Source: Rotaria socialis (lineage: Eukaryota). From it: a stretch of 64,000 nt of DNA. The notes beneath the pieces were generated by a model. The model did no database searches and had not been told where the DNA came from. It saw nothing but the letters and a program-made list of their open reading frames with translations. The stretch's first letter is position 1. The number at the start of each line of letters is the position of its first letter. The stretch is taken from NCBI GenBank assembly GCA_905331295.1, contig CAJNYD010000074.1, forward strand, positions 124,001-188,000, in the 5' to 3' direction. This document shows positions 13,401 to 25,667 of the stretch, piece after piece. Position numbers and translations under genes: made by a program.

Positions 13401-14743
13401 ATAAAAAAAATGAACGTGTTGTAACACGTGAAATGGGTGAAAATTTAGCCAAGGAATATGAAGTACCATATGTAGAAACATCAGCCAAAACAGGTTTAAA
13501 TGTTGAATTTTGTTTTACAGCAGTAAGTCAAGCGTTACTTGCGCAAACCGATTCAACCTCATTCCATACACAAACGGCTTCAAAAACTTTAAATAATCTT
13601 GTACAATTAAACAATCGACCATCAAAACAAAGTGTATGTTGTTTACAATCATAATGTTATATATTTTTTTTCTCATTGTTTAATTATATTTTTGTCTTTT
13701 TATTATTATTATTATTATCATCTTCATCGCCGTAGAAAATATAAAATTCTGTGATTTAGAACATAGAGTTTCTTGTATACATCGAATTTTTTTTTTTATA
13801 CAGCATGGATATGACAGAAGAAAAACCAGCAATTGATAACACGTGTTCTGTCATACAGCTATCAATAGACTTCTCATATACGCTAGTATCATTGTATGAC
13901 ATACCTGACCTGTCTCATAATTTCCTTCTTGTTTAACAGCTGTTAGAAGGCCAACTTCATGTAGCCTAGAACAAAAGAAACACATAAGTTATGAGACTAA
14001 AATAATTATTGATATTGAAAAGAATTTGGTTTTGGTTCATCAGAAAGATCAGTAGAAATTTCAGAGGAGAACAAGGATTTATATATTTTCTTTTTCTTTT
14101 GCAATACATAATTGGCGATGTAAAAAGATTGTTGAGATAATATTTACTTGATAGTATAATCTAACTGAATTCATAATCTCAGCTAGTTAGATTTGAGAAG
14201 AAGTTTTAGATACGAGCCTGAAATTAACTTCCTTGAGGCAATACAACCAAAAATACGCAAGAGAATAATCTCTTCTCTATTGAGTGAATAAATTGAAGTA
14301 ATCTTTTTTTGCATGTGATTCACTGCCGAATAATCCATATACTTCTGTCATTAGTCATCGAGCTCAAAATGCCTTGATTGCTATCTACAGACATATACAA
14401 TGCCATGAGTTTTGACAAAAGAAAAGCTAATGATAAAAGCAAACATTCTTATTTAATATCAAGACGACGATAATAGAATTGTCTTTGTCTTTAATATTCA
14501 AACATTATTATATATTCCTATAGCAATAATAATATTGATTAGATAAGGAAGTTCAATTCAATGCGTTGATGTCCTTGTGTGTGTGCGTTTTTTTGCACTC
14601 GACTGAGAACTTTAAAAGATTAAAAATATTGATTCTTACTTATCAGTTGTACTCGATGATAAACATCGAATAAATGGGTAAGTATAGTTTTTTTTAATAA
14701 AAACACTTAACAAAGAATAATTACAATTTCTAGTAATAAACAT
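8693..14743 (-). CDS. POLDIP2: Polymerase delta-interacting protein 2 (YccV + ApaG domains, mitochondrial-transit-like N-terminus)
   Basis: Exon1 14743-14640 ([18 protein letters not shown]...[10 protein letters not shown]), exon2 13965-13905 ([20 protein letters not shown]), then ~9918-9702 ([17 protein letters not shown]...[10 protein letters not shown]), ApaG exon [11 protein letters not shown]...[10 protein letters not shown]...GKGVVGQEP...SGHMWG; stop TAG 8693-8695. Confidence 0.92.
11978..13654 (+). CDS. Rab26/Rab37-like small GTPase, nested antisense in a POLDIP2 intron
   Basis: Exons ~11978-12052, 12152-12316, 13223-13654; [63 protein letters not shown]-terminal CCLQS prenylation motif. 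Confidence 0.9.
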
Positions 14744-14900
14744 TACACATCTAGAATAGAATAAATATGAAGTTATCCTATTGTATTATATGTATGGATG
14801 GATGGTGAAAATACAATTAAAACAAGAGCCGGTTATGAGACACTAAATACATGCAATAGAAAGAAGAAGAAAGAAGTGAAACAAAAGACGGGAACGTTTT

Positions 14901-17900
14901 TTAAGACATTCTTGGTGCAATATTGCTCGGGTCTATTATTAAGTTTGAACGTTGTTCCGATTTTGCTAGATATGGTAGAAGTTCATTCACTTTCGTCGTT
15001 TGATTTTTTACAAAATAGTTCAATACATTCGATTTAATCATTTGCTCAATAGTTTCATATTGTGGTTCGGGTTCGAAATTGTCTAATTTAAGAACTTCTT
15101 TCATTATTAATAGCATAGTATCTTCCGAATCCCTAAAAAAAATAATCAATAAGAACAAATATACCGGCAAGATTTTCTCTTACCAATATGAAACATGACT
15201 TGCAAAAGCAAATAAATAATCGTTGATTGCCTCAATCGGACGATGTTGAAGAACATAGTCAATGCGACGACCTTGATTTAATTTTCCTATTGGTCGATTG
15301 TCCCATTCATCAATATGAGTTTCTATAATATTAAATAATAATTCGTTTAACTTTGATCAAAATCATTTCTAGCAGTAGCATTTATTATGTTGATAGCTTA
15401 TCGAATTTTGAATTAATCTTAGAATTTGCAGCAAAATAAAAATAGAGCTAACCAGAAATGTCTTCTTCATAGAATAAATAAATTATGAACCCATAAATAT
15501 AAACGTGTCAAAACAGTCAACATCTCATTCAATGGATAATATTTGCTAGATACGCTAATCTTCAATTGCAGAGAAAATGAATTAATATAACGTGATATTA
15601 TTTTTTTTGGGTACATTATTTCAGGCAAAGTTCTCGTGTAATCGAGTGTTTCAGTCAAGAGTTCCGCTTACAACCGCGAGTCAGGGAAACTATTTATAAT
15701 TTAGAAAATTGACTGGACATAAACTACCGGTATTTTAAATGAGAGTTCAATATATACATGTCGACTGTTTGACTACAATCAACGAAAATGAGTCGAAGCG
15801 AATGGACAGCAAGTAAATCCAATTTAATATCAAATAAGAAAATTTATCAAGCCAAGTGAACAAAGAACGCACTCGACTGTAACTTCAACGATGGTGTGAA
15901 ACAAAAATCTAATATAGTTCATTTTCAATATAGATGTTACCACTGACTTCTCGTAATACTAAGACAAATTGTTATTTTTTGAAGTACACATTATGTTTAT
16001 ATTCCCTATGATTTATGCATGTCGTTTATGCGATATAGAATAGCTTTAGAAACTAGGTCTGTGTAGAAATAAAACGAATTCGATTAAGCTACGAAGTATG
16101 CAGCCAGTTAATAGAAATCGAAATCGCATAGCTACTGTAACGTCTACGAGCAAAGTTCAATTACGATAATCACATATAGTCCTATTCAAATATTTATGTA
16201 ATTGTACTTGAAAATACTTTTCTTAAGTAGTAATCATCATTTTATTTTATGCGTTGAACATATTTTATCTTTTCTTATTGTTTCTCGTGAAACATTCTCA
16301 AGAATATAATAAAAGTCCATTTGGTAAAACAAGAAAAACTATTTGACCTAGTACATTCTTTAATCATTATTATTATTATTAGTTACCTTCATTGTCATTA
16401 GCATGTCTAAGCTCGGATTCTGCTTGTGAAATTATCGGTACAGTTGTTGCTTGTGCTTCTAATGTTGACAATGATATTGTTGGAGTTGCTTGTGCAGGAC
16501 TTCTACAAATCGAAGGTTTTATATAGAAGAAAAATTATCATTATCGTTTGTTTGGAATGCTCACGTGTACGATGTGACAAAATCAGTAATCGAAATCATT
16601 GTATTTTTAAATGAATCAAGCATTTTTTGTTTTAAATCTGTCGCTCTCGAAAGTCCATCAATTAATTCAAGGTGAAGTCGTTTTCTTCCTTTATGATGCG
16701 GTAATAATACTGGTGATACAGTCCACTTAGGATCGATTAATGGTTCAAGTCTATATGCTACTGGATCATACTATTCGAAAGAAATCCATATAACAAAAGA
16801 ATGAGACATTTTTATAGATAAATACATACCGGATGGAATATATTTAATAGGCCTTTACATGTTGGAAATGTATAATCGCATGCTAGTGACTTTATTCCTC
16901 GTACGGTTAAAAACATTGCAATAGGAGAACCTTATGATAACAAAAATCGATAGAAAGAATGTTTGAATTTTGAAAGAAAGATTTTACCTAATGCAAAAAA
17001 ATATGCAACTGGAAATTGTAGTTTTTCAGTTTGAATCGATACTTGACCGGTACCAGATACACATAAATTTTTGCTAAGATTATAAATTTATTTAAAAATA
17101 AATAATAATATTTCATTGATTATTTACCTGTTTTCTATTAAAGTTTTATTTGATAAAACAAAAATATTTTGAAAATATTACGTTTTTATAGTTTAATTTT
17201 ATTTACCTTCGTCAATATTACTCGAAGCTTCTTCATTACTCACAGGCGTTTGGCTAGCTAGAATGTCATAAATTATAACTGATCCTAAATTTGAATGAAA
17301 ATATTGCTTTTATTTTTAGAAAAAAATTGCTTTTTTCTCTCGATTTTACCAAGACTATGACCAATTACAGATACTTGTCCATTAAATGATGGATTTCGTT
17401 GTAAAAATATATTGTACAGGCGATTCATTTCATTTATACAGCGTGAGATTATTTTCTATAAAACGATACAAAATGTTATTTATTGATTGATTGATTGATT
17501 GTTGCATTAAAAGAAAAATTTATTTTCATACTTGACAATAAAAAGGACTTGTATAGAATAATATATCCGACAGAGTTGTATTGATAAATGTTCGAAGTTT
17601 TATTACACTTGGCAATGTTAATGCTAATAAATGACTATCAATGCCAGTTGCCTTGAAAATAAAATGGCAAAAAATTATTTTTCTTTTTAAATTAGAAAAT
17701 AATGTGTAATACATACATCCATGTGAAGATCACTATGCCAATAAACTGGCAAAAATTCCTATAGAATAATAAATTAATTTTTTCCATCTATATAATAAAA
17801 TCATTTAATCTAGCTAGTTAAAAATTTGAGTGTTTTGAACGTGATCGCCATCTTTTCTGCTGATTTTAGAAGTACATATTGAGAAAATTGGTATGAATAA

Positions 17901-20820
17901 TTTTTACTCCGAGAAAGTTTATTTTTATATTTAATAGGTCAAGTAAATGAGAGTAATTAGGCAAATTACTTTTTTCCGTATACAGAAAGTCATGAGAACA
18001 ATAAATAACATCTGGCAAGTATCGTATCGTCATACTATCGAAATCTTTCTCTGGTTTCCTCTAGTGCATACAATGAGATAAGCAANCCATCTTTTCTGCT
18101 GATTTTAGAAGTACATATTGAGAAAATTGGTATGAATAATTTTTACTCCGAGAAAGTTTATTTTTATATTTAATAGGTCAAGTAAATGAGAGTAATTAGG
18201 CAAATTACTTTTTTTCCGTATACAGAAAGTCATGAGAACAATAAATAACATCTGGCAAGTATCGTATCGTCATACTATCGAAATCTTTCTCTGGTTTCCT
18301 CTAGTGCATACAATGAGATAAGCAATGCAAAAAAGTCCACTGAAAAGCATGTATACATTTTAATAAAAAATAATGAAAAGAACTAAAATACTGGACGGAA
18401 TTTATTTTAATGTTTTGAATTAGTAGACATTGCAATGATTTTACAAAAAAAGATTTAGAAAATGATTTAAATTATTTCTTTTCAAAACTGTTCGTAGATA
18501 AATTATATTCAAATTGAAAGACATTTTTCAGTTCAATGGTTGTTAATCGATCGAAAAAGTATGCAAGACTGCACTCATGGGCACTGCATTTTATTTAATA
18601 TCATTAGTTTTTTATTCGGAAAAATACTCTGTCAATAAGAATACCACAAAAAATAGTAATCTATTTATAGAAAAGCTTTGAACCGAAAGAAAAAATGGTC
18701 TATACATTTTCAGATGTTCTTCTAAACTAGAAAAAAAACTAATTAATTAGTTGCTATGTATTTCCTTCAAGAATTGTGCGATGCACGATTAGAAAATCAT
18801 AATTAGAAGGAAAAAAGAGTATTTTTTACATTGTAAGACGTTAGCAATAATAAACAAATGAGGAAACATTGGATTCGCATCCGATTGTTATGTGTACTGA
18901 AAAAAACTGAGTCGATTTATATATGTTGTGAATAATTCTAAGAAAAAGTTTTTTTGAAAAAATCTCTGTACCGTCCCCCCTCAGGGATGGTCTGGTCAAT
19001 ATTGACAATTTTTTCGATAACTCAGCCATTTCTTGACGGATCCTTCTCATCTTCGAATTCGACTGAGATATTGATGAGATCATTATGTGTACAAAATCTC
19101 ATGACAATTAGATGAGGCTTTCAAAGGTTATCGTGTTAACGGTCGGACACACTGACCGAATCTAGTGTACTCACTTTTTTTGAGTACACAAAAACCACCA
19201 TGCAAAGTAAAAACTCATGATCGAACGTCAAGTTATCTTCGTATCTGCTGATATCAGCTCGAAATCTTCTAATAAAAACTTCACAAACTCTTTTAACAAG
19301 CGGAAAACTAATTGTTTGAATAATGTATCGCTTAGTTTTTATTATTACCTTTCTAATATTCTATTTTTCGAACTAATCAATAATACATATTTATAAAGAT
19401 GAATGAAAATTTTCTAAAGAACTGCCTTCGATTTTAAAATCTTTCATTCAGAACATTTATTCTAAAACAAAGATAGAACATAACTCATGAATTCGTATGG
19501 GAAGAATCCTTACTAAATCTAATTAGACAATATCATAAATACGTACTACACGGTGGATATCACCGTTTTCTACATAAGACTTATAGTGACTTTGTAGAAT
19601 TGTTCGACTTGTTTCGCGGAAATCTTCAACACATTCGACCAATGGCCGAAATTTAGTATCACATGCTTCACCAATGCCGTGTACTACAAAACACACATGT
19701 TGAACCGGGTCTTTATCACCAAATCGAATTTCATCAAAAAACATTTCAGGCAAACCGCGCTTCAATGTTCGAGTTTCATACTTTAAGTAAATAGGATGTA
19801 TATTTATATACAAATTAAGTTTAAAAAATACATACAGAAAAATTTGACCAATGCGTTATTTCACCTTCAGTGGATTGTATTGTCATCATAACAGGAGTAT
19901 GAAAGATAAGAATTTCTTTTCCGTCATTCATTTCATGTTTTTTATGCCACAATTGTTTATGACATGTTTCTTTGTAAAGATTCTATTTAAAAATAAATTA
20001 AATTGATCTAAACATGATAAATAATTGTTATGTGTCTTCGTTATATACTTCAAGTATTTCATTCATTTTTTCATCAAATGGAATAAATCTACTATCATTT
20101 TCAGGTAAATAAAACCATTTTGAACGTCGTATTTCATTGGGTTCATCGGTCCAATACACAGGCGTACGAGTCCGTTCAACAAGATTAACATCATAACGAT
20201 TGCCATTCGTAGCTATGACTGCTCGATCTAGATGAAATAAAGTTAACAATGAAACGCTTGATTTCGAATCAATACAATAGTCAACAGATTGAAATTCTCT
20301 TACAAAATTTTAAATTTAACTATTAATCTAGTTGATTATTAAAAAATTAACAAAAGATTTTATTGATTAAACACTTCAAGTGGTGGGCTCCATAAGACAG
20401 CATTTTATTTATTTGTTTTTCTCTTACTTTGAGCATAAGCTTCATCAAGTCTTCGTACATCGGTTAGTGAAAATGGTATCCATGTCATACGACCTTGACT
20501 CTTCTTTGAATAAAACCAATATGGTTGTATGGGCGAATAATCATGTCGTTCGAGTTCAGTATTCATCGGGTTCTAAATCAATAAATATGATTAAATAGCA
20601 AGTACATTATTATAAACGAACCAAATTGGCAGCACTTGTTACAGTTAAATCAGCAACTGTTTGCTCAGCATCGACATCCATAGGTATGCTTATCATGGAA
20701 GCTGATCCAGATGTTGTGTTTTGATTATTCAATTGGCGAGAATTCGATTTTTCATTAGGTGATCCATGCTAATCACATACGAGATAAACAATGAAAAAAT
20801 AACTAGTCTATATAGACCAT
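14901..20820 (-). CDS. SEC23IP/DDHD2-like intracellular phospholipase A1 (WWE + lipase + DDHD); start codon uncertain
   Basis: Spliced exons give [51 protein letters not shown] lipase motif, [51 protein letters not shown]. Confidence 0.88.
17848..18325. repeat. ~238-bp direct duplication flanking the N at 18086 (probable assembly overlap artefact)
   Basis: 17848-18085 and 18087-18325 are near-identical (one extra T seen) and abut the gap base. Confidence 0.85.
18865..19194 (-). mobile_element. HINE/DINE-1-like non-autonomous Helentron element, copy 1 (in DDHD intron)
   Basis: Reverse-complement match to 51100-51617; 5' T-run plus subTIR/inverted repeat gtgtactca...tgagtacac; 3' cagtacacat followed by a hairpin (18865-18889). 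Confidence 0.7.
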
Positions 20821-21600
20821 CGTTGCGCTTCAGCTCCATTCGATGAATTTTCATTCAGCTAGGTTTTGACTGATTTTCATTTCATTTTGTTTCAAGGTCA
20901 ATCATGATTCAGTTTGTTTAAAGGAAATAAAATACTATTCAGACAACTTATTCTTAGATAATCATTTGTTGAGTAGAACTCATAGTATAATCCAAAATTA
21001 GCCAAACGATGTCTCATCAATCACTATCGAGACATATTGAATATAAAATGCTAGCAAAACTTCTGTTACAATTCCCAATGAAACAGAATCATGTGCTTAA
21101 AATGAATATTCAGCGTTTACAATTAACTATTCAATGTGTAGCTAACTCATTAAAATGCAATTTGCGAAAAGACAAAAAAAAATTAATTGACTTTTGTTTT
21201 ATTACTTTTATCTACTGCATAGAGCTGGGCGAAATATTCAACGTACTCGTACTCGAAAAAGCCCGTACTTGCCCATCTCTGGTATTGTACGTGCTGTTCT
21301 GTTACCATTGCTGATAAATCTTTTAATCTTTCTATTTGCTGTTTTGCTTATGAAATACGCTTATGACTCATTGTCGTAGAAAATATTCAGAACGAACTGC
21401 GAAAAATATCGAAGCAAAGCAATTCGAGAATAGACATTAATTTTCAATTATTACTCACAGGAGTATTTGAAACAAATCGTTTTTCGTGTTTTGATGGTGT
21501 GGTTGCTTCATTGTTGTTCATTATCTAAAAGAAATATTTTGAAAATGTAATTTCATCATAAAATAGTTTAGAGAGTTCACCACAGGCAAAAGTCGTCTAC

Positions 21601-21626
21601 TGATAAGGTCTTATCGATACTATAAA
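21601..21626 (+). promoter_or_regulatory. Paired inverted GATA sites plus TATA box upstream of the Mpo1-like gene
   Basis: TGATAAG (21601-21607), CTTATC (21610-21615), TATAAA (21621-21626), ~70 nt before ATG 21695. Confidence 0.5.
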
Positions 21627-21694
21627 GAAAAAAGTAAAGTGAGTGAAAATCTTCATTTGATACTCATTTATTTTAATATTTGTAACTATCTCGT

Positions 21695-22222
21695 ATGACT
21701 CGCATCGGTTTACCTCTTCTTTATCCATTTTTTAAGGGTGAATCATTAGAAAATGAATTTGGATTTGTGAATTATTATCATAATAATTCAATTAATCGGT
21801 TTCTACACACTCTTACATTGCCTTTACTTATATTTTCTTTACTAACTATAACACATTCTATTGATTATCGTCTCTGTATGTTATTTTATATCGTCTATTG
21901 TGCAATTATATTTATGTTCGATATTAAAACTGGTCTTGCTTTTTTCTCGCTATTTGCTTTACTTTATGTTCCGGCAACAGTATTTTCTTCTCAAGGAAGC
22001 TTAGCTAGTTTCTACGGTTCCTTAATATTTTTTACTGCTCTAATTATTCAAGGCCTCGGGCACTATATATTTCAACAAGCTGCTCCTGCATTTCGTCTAT
22101 TCGAAGCAACATTTACAACTCCAGCCTATTTAATGATGTATCTTATAACCAATCATAATGACATATTTTGGAATAATGTTAAAAATGAAACAAGTAAATG
22201 GAAACAAATTCTTAAAAAATAA
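21695..22222 (+). CDS. Intronless Mpo1/DUF962-family membrane protein (2-hydroxy fatty acid dioxygenase-like)
   Basis: 175-aa hydrophobic ORF with YYHNNSINRFLH..LP and IQGLGHYIFQQAAPAF motifs matching DUF962/Mpo1 His motifs. Confidence 0.75.
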   Translation: MTRIGLPLLYPFFKGESLENEFGFVNYYHNNSINRFLHTLTLPLLIFSLLTITHSIDYRLCMLFYIVYCAIIFMFDIKTGLAFFSLFALLYVPATVFSSQGSLASFYGSLIFFTALIIQGLGHYIFQQAAPAFRLFEATFTTPAYLMMYLITNHNDIFWNNVKNETSKWKQILKK

Positions 22223-22315
22223 AAGCAAATAGAAAGAAAAAACATAAAAGAACATATACACCAAAGCTATCCATATGAACCCTTGTCTTTATTTTTTGAA
22301 ATAAAAAAAAAGTAT

Positions 22316-23665
22316 CTATTCAATTGGATTGTCTTGAATTTCTGATAAATTTTTTTGGTTTTTATTTAGAATTTGTTTATATTGTTGAAGATTTTCGTCC
22401 ATCATCAATGTCTGCAAGTAAAACAAAAAAATATTCTCTAATGAAAAATCATAGAAATTCTTCCTTACAAAAGCTGCATAATTTTGCAGAAAGCTACTTA
22501 ATGCTTGTGTAAATTCACTGTGATGAATCTAGAATAGATTTAAAAAATAAAGGAATATGATACATCATCAATCTTTCAAACCTTTATATCATTATGAGTG
22601 ACCAATAATTTATTTAACATTGCAAATAATTTTGGTATTTCTATTCAAATCAGAATATGTTCATATTGATTTATCAAAGAAAAATTTCTTTTTTTCCTTA
22701 CCTTTAAAATGTTCAACATCAAGTACACGTGCTAATGAGTCGATCTCGGAAAGAGCCTTTGTTACCTCACGTATACGTTCTTCATCTAAATATATAATAA
22801 GAATTCTTATGAATATTTTTATTGTCATCTAAAAAAGAAATATTCACCAGCAAGTATGAGTTCTAATTTTGTTGCCCGATCTGTTAATAAACGTCGTTGA
22901 AAGTCAGAACTTGTTAAATGATTGATTTCATCAACTGTATAGTAATAAATTAAAGATTTTATAAAATAGATAAGAGTGCTATATCAAAGCTCTCATTTTT
23001 AATTTGATTCAAAATTGAAAAGTACTCTCTTATGTGACTTGTCATTTGGAAAAGTACTTCTAATAAATATTTTTGATTTTGAAACATGTGCAACTGCTCA
23101 CTAGCTATTTCAATATAAACCATAGTTTTCTGGTTGTGCAAGCAAAAAAATGAATCAGAAAATGTTATGATGAACTTTCTGTACTTGTACTGAAGTCTAT
23201 CATTATGATTCATTCTCTCGTCTTATTATGCGTGCATGAAAAACTTCAAGAGATTTGTATTGTTATTTACAAATTGATGGTTCATGAGTGAACTCCAAGT
23301 TTCTCACGTGACATCAGTTCAAGCGAAACTTGAGTATAATACTACGAAAAAAATCTTATAGTTTATGATATATTTTACCTTTATTTAACAATGTTTTAGC
23401 TGTATTATTATTCGTTGCATATCGAAAAATATTTTCATTAAGATCATTGATTGTTTCATTAATCTAGAAGTTTTCCATGCATAAAATACTAAATAAAACG
23501 AATGTCATACTCGTCTTTTATCTAATTTCTCCGATTTTCCAATGAAATTCTCCAAACGTTTTAAACGCCATTCTAAATGATTGATTCGCTCAACATCTAA
23601 GTTTGAAATAAAGATAAAATTCTTATTCAATTCATTACTAATCTACCTGATATTGTCGTCGACAT
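22316..23665 (-). CDS. DCTN3: Dynactin subunit 3 (p22/p24)
   Basis: Short exons give MSTTISDVERINHLEWRLKRLENFIG...TDRATKLELILADEERIREV...LARVLDVEHFKEIPKL...FLQNYAAFTLMMDENLQQY; helical DCTN3 pattern. Confidence 0.75.
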
Positions 23666-23909
23666 GTTCAAGATTCAACAAATATCCAAAGATCGAAATG
23701 ATTTCAAAGATGATGAGTTTGTTAAGCCAATCCAACGCGATTTGCTAGCCTTCTTTATTGAAATGCATTAATCATTTAGATAATTTTCATTGGTTAAAAA
23801 TAATTCGTCAGTGCGGAGGTCGCTAAAATTGGAGGATACTACCGATCGAACATTTGTTTGTTTCTTTCGCTTCTTAAATTTTCCAACAGTCGCCCGACCA
23901 TCCCTCACA

Positions 23910-25667
23910 ATGGTGAACTTTCTTTCTTCGTTATCTTCACCTCTTAAACATATTGCTTTTTTTCTCTCGTAGGCTTTTGTTAAAGTTGTTAAAAATAAAG
24001 CATACTTTAAAAGATATCAAGTTAAATCTAAACGTCGTCGACGTAAGTTTCTGATATCAATAAATTCTCTTCAACGTTTTATTTATTTTTTTTATTTTCA
24101 GAGGGTAAAACTGACTTTTATGCTCGTCATGCACTTATTCACCAAGATAAAAATAAATATAATACACCAAAATATCGTCTCATTGTGCGTATAACGAACA
24201 AGGATATTGTTTGCCAAGTAAGAATATTATAAGAAAAAACTCGTCGTGCACATGATGAGTTTCTAATTTTCTGTCATCTCTTCTGAATATGACTAGATGT
24301 CGATAACCCCTTTGCAAATTCTGATGCACAACAAATAAAATAAACTATTCATTTATTTAGTTACTATTTAGATTGCCTATGCACGTATAGAAGGCGACTA
24401 TATCATAGCATCAGCATATGCACATGAACTACCACGATATGGTATTAAACTTGGTTTAACAAATTACGCTGCTGCCTATTGTACCGGGTTACTTCTAGCT
24501 CGACGTACATTACAAAAACATAAACTAGATAGCATATATAAAGGTACAACTGATGTAACCGGTGGTCAATTTGAAAATGAAGCAGTCGAAGGTGAAAAAC
24601 GCCCATTTCGCTGTTATCTTGATGTTGGTCTAGCACGTACAACAACTGGTGCTAAAGTTTTCGGCGCTTTGAAAGGTGCTGTCGATGGTGGATTAGATAT
24701 TCCGCATAGGTAAAAAAAATCAAATTTTTTTATATAGAAGATTTTTGATTCGTAACAGCTAACATCTTTCGAGGTCACTACAAACAGTTCGAATAGAAGA
24801 TGCAAAACGTGATGAGATATAAGTTCATCAGAACGATATAATGTAGAGTTCCACTTAAAATGGACATTTCGCCCCTTTCTGATTTTGCTATTCTCGAACA
24901 AATAAACTTTCTTTTTTGCTGTTTTTATAAATCATAGTGTACAAAATGATGAGATGTAAGTTCATCGGATTATTTTACTATGAAGAGTTCCACTTAAATG
25001 GACTTTTCGCCCCTTGCTGATTTTACACTATGTTTTTTCTTCTCTCAATATTTATATTAAGTGCGTATGATGAATATTCATTTATTTCTGTCATCTCTTC
25101 TGATTTTGACTTGACGATAACCAATTTCTGAGGCACTTTGTGATATCATTAATGATCAAGAAAATTAACTTTCATCTTTTTAGTACTCGCCGTTTTCCAG
25201 GTTATAGTCAAGAGAGCAAAAAATTCAATGCCGATGTTCATCGTCAACATATTTTTGGTTTACATGTTGCTAATTATATGACAGCACTTAAAGAAGAAAA
25301 TCCAGATCTTTATGCTAAACAATTTTCACGTTTTGTTAAAGCTGGTATTGAGCCAACTTCGGTATGGTCTTTTTTTGCCTCCAATGAAAATGACCTTTTT
25401 GTGTATTCAATTGTTTCTAGTTTGAAGCTCTATACAAAGCTGCACATGCCGCTATTCGTGCTGATCCATCACTATCGCCGAAGAAAACTGATGCACCTAA
25501 ACCAAAACGGTAAATAATTTTTCTTCAAATATTTCATAGTATAAATGTGTAATTGGTGATATTTTAGATGGAATAAAGTTAAACTTGCTCGATCATCACG
25601 CAAGAATCGTGTACAACAACGAAAGACAGCTTTTCTTAAAACCATTCAAGCTGGTGATGCTGAATAG
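23910..25667 (+). CDS. RPL5: 60S ribosomal protein L5 (uL18)
   Basis: ATG-only first exon, then [103 protein letters not shown]; stop 25665-25667. Confidence 0.98.
24246..24329 (+). ncRNA. Box C/D snoRNA A1 (SNORD60/snR48-like), RPL5 intron 24218-24371
   Basis: C box ATGATGA 24252, guide TTTCTGTCATCTCTT before D' CTGA 24283, D box CTGA 24321, terminal stem GTGCA/TGCAC. Confidence 0.8.
24802..24888 (+). ncRNA. Box C/D snoRNA B1 (SNORD80/snR60-like), RPL5 intron 24710-25183
   Basis: C box GTGATGA 24809, AGTTCAT before D' CAGA, guide TTTCGCCCCT before D box CTGA 24879, stem GCAAAA/TTTTGC. Confidence 0.82.
24933..25032 (+). ncRNA. Box C/D snoRNA B2 (paralog of B1)
   Basis: C box ATGATGA 24946, AGTTCAT before CGGA, C' ATGAAGA, guide TTTCGCCCCT before CTGA 25017, long terminal stem CATAGTGTA/TACACTATG. 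Confidence 0.82.
25059..25138 (+). ncRNA. Box C/D snoRNA A2 (paralog of A1)
   Basis: C box ATGATGA 25067, identical guide TTTCTGTCATCTCTT before CTGA 25100, D box CTGA 25128, stem AAGTGC/GCACTT. Confidence 0.8.

Noticed and set aside
17848..18325. Apparent tandem duplication in a DDHD intron
   Set aside because: The copies are near-identical and joined exactly at a single N, typical of unmerged contig overlap rather than biology
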